Origin: Eledone cirrhosa
Lineage: Eukaryota
Length of the DNA: 64,000 nucleotides
Reading direction: 5' to 3'
Assembly: GCA_964016885.1 (NCBI GenBank)
Contig: OZ024745.1
Location: 97,030,001 to 97,094,000 of the forward strand
The translations under genes and the position numbers were made by a program. This document shows positions 56,841 through 64,000 of the stretch, piece after piece (the stretch's first letter is position 1; every line of letters begins with the position of its first letter). The notes below the pieces were generated by a model. The model saw only the letters and a list, made by a program, of their open reading frames with translations. It did no database searches and was not told the origin of the DNA.

Positions 56841-57050
56841 ATGCCAAAAATGGCGTAGACATTACAATACAATGGGAGGAAACATAATAGTACCACTGAT
56901 GATGTTGCAGATGTGCGACGATAGAACTTTGATAGACTATATATATATATTTATATCATATTATATATAGAGTTATAAACTCAAATAGTCTTTTACAATT
57001 AAATAGCTCAAAGAAAGGGATGTTTCTGAGCCGTGTAATACAAATGAATA

Positions 57051-57630
57051 TATGGTAATGAAGAATCTTTGTTGGATAGTTTATCAATATAGACGTGAGG
57101 GAAAGTCCCTCGTCTATTTACCATTTTCGTAAGTGAGAGGATAGGTACTCCATAGAATTTATAACAAGTGAGTGGGTGTGTGTGTAGACAAGATAATAAC
57201 CACAACGAGAGTTCTATTCAACAATGTAAATAAGGATGATGTTTATTTTGTCTATTATGTGTTTGTTATATTACAAATGAAACAAAATAGCAATATAGAC
57301 GTGATTAGTTGAAATGAAGGCAACGTATTACAATTGTCGTGGGTCACCAATGTAACGCCCACGTCTGGGTCACCAATGTGATGGGACCAGTAAAGTGAAA
57401 TCAGTTATGAGCCAGTGCTCGGCCAACACTATCCTTGTGGCTTCGGCATAGGAGTTCAGTGTATTGACATCTGTGTGATCTCGTGGTCCAAAGGCTGTCT
57501 GCTGTTTGCTGTCTCCGTGGCTTGTCTGAGAAAGTAATACTGCTGCTTACTTAAATAGTGTTCTCAACCAGGGGGAGACAACTAGGCCTGGTCCATTATC
57601 CGACAGGGGGGCGTAAGGCGTCTTACTATA
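57051..57630 (-). repeat. 3' LTR of the Gypsy element (580 bp)
   Basis: About 10 substitutions plus 7-bp and 2-bp indels relative to 62418-62988 (counted by eye). Confidence 0.96.
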
Positions 57631-57645
57631 GTATCCCCTGCCAGA
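57631..57645 (-). promoter_or_regulatory. Polypurine tract of the Gypsy element
   Basis: Minus strand TCTGGCAGGGGATAC directly before the 3' LTR. Confidence 0.75.
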
Positions 57646-57672
57646 TTTTCAAATCATCGAAAATCGATGTTA

Positions 57673-60600
57673 TTACTCACACGTGGAGTAAGATGGCGAA
57701 CAATGCAACAAGGGGGAGCTATTCGCTCTACCAGTCGTTAAATCCAGAATAAGGATTTGAAAAATGTTAAAAAACATGCATGCATAAAAAAAAGGCAAAC
57801 AAAAAAAAAAGCAGAAACACAGAAGCAAAAAAAAAGGTGCAGCTAACACAGTCTGAATATAGACGGTGCTGCAAAATATTTTGGGCCAGTGGACCCTACG
57901 ACCTGAACGGGTCGTGGTCTTGTAACGTGGCGATGGTGGTGGTGTAGGGACAGGCGATGATGGTGGTTCAGGAACAGGCGTTCGCTCAACAGGCAAATAC
58001 CAAGGGGTTCGTGGATCAGGAACCACAGCGTCCGTGTCCAGATGTACCTGCTTAAGCCTGTCTATTGTAACTGTCTCCATGGACCCTTTAATATCTAGAG
58101 TGAAATGCTTAGCCGAGCGCGCTAAGACATGGTAAGGTCCAGTGTAAGGCTGTGTGAGCGGGGGCTTCACAGAATCTTTCCTTACAAAGACATGCGCCCA
58201 CGAGGCAACATCCCTCGGGACAGCAGTCTTGACAGTTTGTTTCCTAGTGTCCATTAACGGCAAATCCTGGAAATAGGAGCGCAAACGGGATACGTAGGAA
58301 GCGTGATCTTGGGCATCAAGATCGATAGAGGCGAGCATTTGCCCGGGCAACATCAGAGGGGCACCGTACAGTACTTCGGCCGGTGAAAATCCAAAGTTGA
58401 CCTTCACCGTTGACCGAATCCCTAATAGCACAATAGGGAGGTACTCGCTCCAACGCGCCGAGTCCATTAAGGAGGCTTTCAGTTGTCGGTGAAAACGCTC
58501 CACCATACCATTCGAAGCGGGATGGTACGCCGTAGTTCTGATGCGTTTAGCACCAATTAATTTTGACAGTTCGAGGAAAAGGCTCGACTCGAACTGTCGT
58601 CCACGGTCGGTAGTTACTGTGGATGGAACTCCATAACGAGAGATCCATCCAGACACAAGAGCACGCGCTGTTGTCTCAGCGGTGATGTTTTTCAAGGGGG
58701 TGGCTTCAGGCATATGTGAAAAATGTTTCACGGCTAAAAACGGTCAACTATAGTCAGCAGATAAAAATAACCGTCGCTGACAGGCCAAGGTCCCACTATA
58801 TCAATGTGAATGTGCGAAAAACGCGCATCTGGGTTAGTAAAGGTACCCAGGGGAGCCTTGACGTGTCGATGGACCTTTGATTTCTGGCAAGCGACGCAGG
58901 AACGGCACCAAGCAGCAATTTCACGCCTCATATTTGGCCAGAAAAATCTAGCTGATATGAGCTTTACTGTGGCAGAAGATCCTGGATGTGAGAAACTATG
59001 TAATGCCAGAAACACGGTCCGACGATGATTCTCTGGAACGAAGGGCCTAGGCACGTCCAAAGAGACGTCGCAGAGAATTTGGCCAACTGCAGTCGACAGA
59101 GGCAAGTATTTCATCTCGCAATTCGCAAACTCAGGCGATGTAACATCCAATGACTCAAGGGGAGGCTGATCCGCAGCCAAACGAGTCAGATCTATGTCAG
59201 AAGGTGACGAGATCGCCGCTGTCACGGGTAAGCGGGACAAAGCATCGGCCGCTGTATTCAGTGAACCCGGAATGTGTTGGATATCGTTCGTATATTGCGA
59301 GATGAAATCAAGGTGCCTCGTCTCTCTGGGCGAGTATTTATCAGCCTTCGCTCTCAACGCAAAAGTTAATGGTTTATGGTCAGTGAGGATAGTAAATAGT
59401 CTACCCTCTAGCATATGTGAAAAATGTTTCACGGCTAAATAGATGGCTAAAAGCTCCCTTCCAAAGTGCTGTAGCACGTCTCAGCAGGTTTCATTTTTCT
59501 GGAAAAAAACTCCAGCGGTTGCTGGTAACCATTGATGTTTTGTTGTAGCACTGCGCCCACAACGATATCCGATGCATCAACACAAAGCGTTAGCTTTGCA
59601 CCGGGTACCGGGTGAGCCAGTAAAGAAGCATTAGCCAAAGCAGTTTTGGCGTGCTGAAAATCAGCAAGTTGAGTCTCTGTTAAAGAAATGTCTGCATTCT
59701 TCTTCCGACAATTTTTTAAAATTTCCGTCAGGGAGAAAAGCAATCTTGCACAATTTGGCACGAAACGCCTATAAAAATTGATCAGGCCTAAGAACTGGCG
59801 TAACTGACGTAGTGAGGTCGGTGGAGGCCGGGGTCGAATACCGTCAGCATCGATGACGTGACCCAAGAAAGTCAGTGACTCAGCACCAAAAACACATTTG
59901 GGTGCATTAATCTGCACGTTATACGCCTTCAATCGGCGGAAAAGAAGATTTAAATGGTGCGTATGTTGTTCTTGAGAAGAACTAGCAATGAGCAGGTCGT
60001 CAATATATGTATAGACGAAATCGAGGCCACGAGTAACCTCATCCATAAACCGCTGAAACGTACTAGCGGCATTCCCTAATCCGAACGGCATGGTCAAAAA
60101 CTCAAATGACCCAAATGGCGTAACTATAGCCGTTTTTGGAATGTCATTTTTATGGACAGGAATTTGATGTTACGCACGAATTAAATCTAGTTTGGAGAAT
60201 ACCTTGCATCCCTGCAACGAAAACGCAAAGTCTTGCAGATGAGGGATAGGATAACGGTCCGGTTCCGTTATTGAATTTAAGCGTCGATAATCTCCAGTAG
60301 GTCTCCAATCGCCAGTCGCTTTCGGTACCATGTGTAATGGGGACGCCCACGGGCTCGTGGACGGACGAATAATCCCCAACTGCAGCATATGATCAAACTC
60401 TGATCATGCTGCTTTGAGTTTGTCCGGAGGCAAGCGACGAGGACGAGAAAAACAGGAGCACCAGTTGTAGTTATGAAGTGCTCCGTGGTATGAGTTGGCT
60501 CATCAACTCGAAAATTTCCCTGAGTCAGTTGCGGGAACGAGTTCAACAACGCATGGTAAGTATCTCCGGTGTTAGCAAGAGAAAAGGTCGGGCTAACCGT

Positions 60601-60981
60601 TGGAACTCCTGCTGCCTTGCCAACAACAGTTAAACCAGTGATGTCATCAATTAGGCGTTTACGACGGAGGTCCACCGTCAATGAAAAATGGTGGAGAAAA
60701 TCCACGCCTAGAATCGGATACGGCAAGGCAGCGACAGTAAAAATTCATTTAAACTCACGCCGCAGATTACGGAACTGCAAAGGTAGCGAGATTTGTCCGA
60801 AGGTTCGAATCGGCGAACAATTTACTGCCTGCAACTCAATAGGTGACTCAGGGGGAGTCTCCTTCATACAAAACACAGGCCATATTGAACAAGCTGCACC
60901 TGTGTCAACCAGAAAGGCTCTACCTGATAGCAGATCCTCAATAAAAAAAGTGGCAGTTGGATGATGTTTCGCAGAGCGCAC
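57673..60981 (-). pseudogene. pol: Disrupted pol polyprotein (aspartic protease, RT, RNase H, integrase)
   Basis: FLVDTGA protease; [25 protein letters not shown] in RT; DAS/RELLA/TDHKPL RNase H; H..HPG..C..C and DIVGP/TDRGRQF/NGMVERFHR integrase. In-frame stops at about 60745, 60404 and 60170; frameshifts near 60450, 59460 and 58730. Confidence 0.95.
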
Positions 60982-60990
60982 TATCCGCCG

Positions 60991-61803
60991 TTAGTGACTC
61001 TGGTCGACGTTTCCCATGTAAGCACAAGGAGGCCTACAACGGGCGGCTTTGTCACCATATTTGTCATGGTAATAACAATATGATGGATTTGAAGATTTGG
61101 AACGGCTACGGTGGCGAGGAGTTGAATAAGATCGTGAGCGGCTCCTCTGCCGTCCAAAAGATCTGAGTTCCTGGCACAACTCCGCCATTTGACGAGTCAT
61201 GGCTTCCATAGTTTTGACCAACTTCTCATCACTCGCTGATGAGCGTGATTGGGGAAGAGAAGAGGAAGCAACGTACTTTTGCTTCGAAGTGTCTCTCTTC
61301 GTCACTTCTACTATTTTGTCGGCAGAGACAGCAATGTGGTCGAGTGTGTTTAACTCTAGCATATGGGATAGGATCGCCTGTACCTCTTGAGGTAGGCGAG
61401 AGAAGAACAATTGCTTCAGGAAAGGGCTATCCTGATCTTGGGAATCACTCAATTCCCGCAAATGCCGGAGAAAAGCGGTAGGGGTTCTGTCACCTAGTCG
61501 TTCGTCCTCGATCAATGACCGAAAACGACTCTCTACCGATTTACAGTTCCTTCTCAAGATCTCGCCTTTTAAAGAATCATACGTTAAGTCAGAGGGGGGG
61601 GGGTCTGTAATTAGGTCTTGGACCGAATCTGCTAAATTAGGGGGAAGTCCGCTAATCAAGACAGCGAGGCGCTGGTCAGACTCGGTCTTACAGACCGTAA
61701 AATACGCCTGTAGCTGGGCGAACCACAGCTTAGGGTTTCCGGTAAAGGCGGGCAAATGTGGCGTATTCAATTTGAAACGACTAAAAAAAAATAGAAACAG
61801 CAA
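60991..61803 (-). CDS. gag: Gag-like protein of the Gypsy element (start codon uncertain)
   Basis: 270-codon open frame: LPAF..NPKLWFAQLQAYF N-terminal motif, LGDRTPTAFLRHLR, RS-rich linker, C-terminal CYYHDKYGDKAARCRPPC knuckle. Confidence 0.88.
   Translation of the reverse strand: MLFLFFFSRFKLNTPHLPAFTGNPKLWFAQLQAYFTVCKTESDQRLAVLISGLPPNLADSVQDLITDPPPSDLTYDSLKGEILRRNCKSVESRFRSLIEDERLGDRTPTAFLRHLRELSDSQDQDSPFLKQLFFSRLPQEVQAILSHMLELNTLDHIAVSADKIVEVTKRDTSKQKYVASSSLPQSRSSASDEKLVKTMEAMTRQMAELCQELRSFGRQRSRSRSYSTPRHRSRSKSSNPSYCYYHDKYGDKAARCRPPCAYMGNVDQSH
61009..61015 (-). promoter_or_regulatory. Candidate -1 ribosomal frameshift slippery site G GGA AAC at the gag end
   Basis: X XXY YYZ in gag phase (ATG GGA AAC), 6-nt spacer, then stem-loop CAGAG-T-CACTA...TAGTG-CG-CTCTG. 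Confidence 0.6.
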
Positions 61804-62403
61804 TTAATGTTCCCTCGTACAGGGAAAAGTAAACACCCAAAATGGAAAAAAAAAATCAAAGGTCAAAAAGAAACAGACATTCAAAACATTAGGAAATAGC
61901 AAAAATACATAAAGTACATATATATATTTAAAACATTTTTTTTTCCTTCAACGTCTGTCCCCTTGTGTTGCTTCAACGGGCAAGCCAAATCATATAACCC
62001 GTGAAAAAGAGAAAAAAAAATGTTTGTTTTAGAATATATCCACGTTGGATATCAACAATAGGTAGCCTGTGGCTAAAAATCCCTTAGAAAAAATGTATCC
62101 CCAGCGGGGCAATAATGTTCACAAAAACAGTTTTTCTCTTGATCAAATATGGAACACACACAAGCAATTCAAAATGTCCCTGTCCTGGCGGGAAAATTGC
62201 AAAACGGAGGAGAAAAGCAACGCCATATTGGAAACATTTTTGGCTGGTTTTTTGTATACTTCGTCAATACCGTATAAACACATTATTATTTCTCTGTCTT
62301 TTTTTTTTTGTGTATTTTTGTAAGTTGCGAAAAGGTTGGCAACGTGGTAATAACAGTGAAATATTTAAGTTCAAATGAATAAAAGGCTGCGTAAAATTCT
62401 TTA

Positions 62404-62416
62404 GTCGGGGTTACCA
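62404..62416 (-). promoter_or_regulatory. tRNA-Trp primer-binding site of the Gypsy element
   Basis: Minus strand TGGTAACCCCGAC, 1 nt after the 5' LTR. Confidence 0.85.
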
Positions 62417-62417
62417 G

Positions 62418-62988
62418 TATGGTAATGAAGAATCCTTGTTGGATAGTATATCAATATAGACGTGAGGGAAAGTCCCTCGTCTATTTACCATTTTCGTAAG
62501 TGAGAGGATAGGTATTCCATAGAATTTATAACAAGTGAGTGGGTGTATGTGTAGACAAGATAATAACCACAACGAGAGTTCTATTCAACAATGTAAATAA
62601 GGATGATGTTTATTTTGTCTATTATGTGTTTGTTATATTACAAATGAAACAAAATAGCAATATAGACGTGATTAGTTGAAATGAAGGCAACGTATTACAA
62701 TTGTCGTGGGTCACCAATGTAACGCACACGTCTGGGTCACCAATGTGACGGGACCAGTAAAGTGAAATCAGTTGTGAGCCAGTGCTCGGCCAACACTATC
62801 CTTGTGGCTTCGGCATAGGAGTTCAGTGTATTGACATGTGTGATCTCGTGGTCCAAAGGCTGTTTGCTGTCTCTGTGGCTTGTCTGAGAAAGTAATACTG
62901 CTGCTTACTTAAATAGTGTTCTCAACCAGGAGGAGACAACTAGGCCTGGTCCATTATCCGACAGGGGGGCGTAAGGCGTCTTACTACA
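62418..62988 (-). repeat. 5' LTR of the Gypsy element (571 bp)
   Basis: Minus strand TGTAGTAAG...CATTACCATA; directly repeats 57051-57630. Confidence 0.96.
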
Positions 62989-63021
62989 AATATATGATAG
63001 GAATAAACACTAATAAACTAA

Positions 63022-63671
63022 TTGTTTTTATTTATTTATTATTTTAAATCGAGACAGGCAAACTGTATTATTTTAATTAGTATTTTTCAATCTAGCTAAC
63101 TTGGTCATTTGCAATACAAACACTTATATACTTGTATTAGTGTTTATCCCTATCATATATTCATTTGTATTACACTGCTCAGAAATATCCCTTTCTTTGA
63201 GCTATTTAATTGTAAAAGACTATTTGAGTTTATAACTCTATATATAATATTCTCGGCTCCATGCGTTGAGATAATTTTTTAGTCCCATAAAACCGGCTGC
63301 TATTTCTAGCGGTACGAGTATAGGACGGGCTGACGCTGGGTCACATGTGCGTTCAACAACACATTTCTCTCAGTCTTCCTAAGTATTTTGAAGTGAAACT
63401 TACCAATTTCTGGATACCTGCAGAAGAGCACAGGAATAGGAAATTTCACTTAATTGTTGCGAAACAAATTTAAAATTTGAAATTTAAATTTGTCCAGGTA
63501 TCACGGCTATTGCCAATATAGGTTTGTTTTATTGATTTATTATTTTAAATCGAGACAGGCAAACTGTATTATTTTAATTAGTATTTTTCAATCTAGCTAA
63601 CTTGGTCATTTGCAATACAAACACTTATATACTTGTATTATTGTTTATCCCTATCATATATTCATTTGTAT
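63022..63671. repeat. About 148-bp direct repeat (63022-63170 and 63524-63671)
   Basis: TTTTAAATCGAGACAGGCAAACTG...TCATATATTCATTTGTAT occurs twice about 501 bp apart. Confidence 0.92.
63404..63417 (-). CDS. Candidate 14-nt microexon encoding V-S-R-N-W (F-box continuation)
   Basis: Minus strand tttcctattcctgtgctcttctgcag|GTATCCAGAAATTG|gtaagtttc: strong acceptor, consensus donor, phase 0 start. Confidence 0.5.
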
Positions 63672-63907
63672 ATTTATATCTGTATTTTTAACCGCTGGTC
63701 AATCAATGATAAACATTGATTGCCAAATAAATTAACTATGGAGATGTAAAAGATATAGAAGCGAAAACCAACCCAAACCAAACAGTGAGTGTGTTCTGTT
63801 ATTATTTCTGGCAATATTATAACAATATGACCCTCCCCAAGTATAACAATATTTGTTTCGACACACGATTTCATATAAAAAAACCTTGCAAAACAAATTC
63901 ATCGCCG

Positions 63908-63911
<4 letters not shown>

Positions 63912-63940
<29 letters not shown>
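63912..63940. repeat. (TA)n microsatellite
   Basis: About 14 TA units. Confidence 0.95.
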
Positions 63941-63944
<4 letters not shown>

Positions 63945-64000
63945 TAGCATGTGGTAAAATACCAGGTGGACCATAACCCACCCGAGTACTCGATACTTGG

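Larger units (their letters stand above)
57051..62988 (-). mobile_element. Full-length Ty3/Gypsy LTR retrotransposon, degenerate (5938 bp)
   Basis: Two about 98%-identical LTRs; 4-bp TSD AATA (57047-57050, 62989-62992); PBS, gag, PR-RT-RH-IN order, PPT. Confidence 0.97.
56958..63250. repeat. 116-bp inverted repeat pair; left arm (56958-57050 + 62993-63015) split by the Gypsy insertion, right arm 63135-63250
   Basis: Right arm is the reverse complement of the rejoined left arm with about 3 mismatches and carries the empty site CAAATGAATA|TATGATAG. Confidence 0.9.

Noticed and set aside
57008-62378. Short ORFs antisense to or overlapping gag/pol, the leader and the LTRs
   Set aside because: Shadow frames of the retrotransposon with no independent motifs; no env-like ORF between integrase and the 3' LTR.
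63498-63521. + strand TGTCCAG|GTATCACGGCTATTG (VSRLL) as the next F-box exon
   Set aside because: Weak pyrimidine tract, lacks the conserved Trp, and reaches a stop after 7 codons with no in-frame exit donor.
63674-63976. Three short ORFs at the right end
   Set aside because: AT-rich, partly overlapping a (TA)n run, no recognisable motifs.

Overview
Eukaryotic, AT-rich, repeat-dominated window. The SINE cores suggest a mollusc, probably a cephalopod such as Octopus (inference). Positions 1-54020 are one tandem satellite of a 51-bp monomer (consensus GATATGCTGGCTATCTTTATCATTTCAAGATACTAGGGTGTGATTTAAGGR, roughly 1000 copies) with nested higher-order duplications; nearly all ORFs in the track are by-products of its single stop-free frame. 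A 1.9-kb non-autonomous LTR element (9378-11314, GGTA target-site duplication) interrupts the array. Right of the array lie several SINEs, a 99-bp host exon encoding the N-terminal part of an F-box (54736-54834, +), and a full-length but degenerate Ty3/Gypsy retrotransposon (57051-62988, -, AATA TSD) inserted in one arm of an inverted duplication. Three observations stand out. (i) A 14-nt microexon candidate encoding VSRNW, the expected F-box continuation, lies on the opposite strand (63404-63417) inside a rearranged block. (ii) A 32-nt tRNA-Trp copy at the small element's PBS has a mismatch exactly opposite m1A58 and is followed by a second LTR-end/PBS. (iii) Tandem LTR-end+PBS cassettes are embedded inside the Gypsy LTRs.
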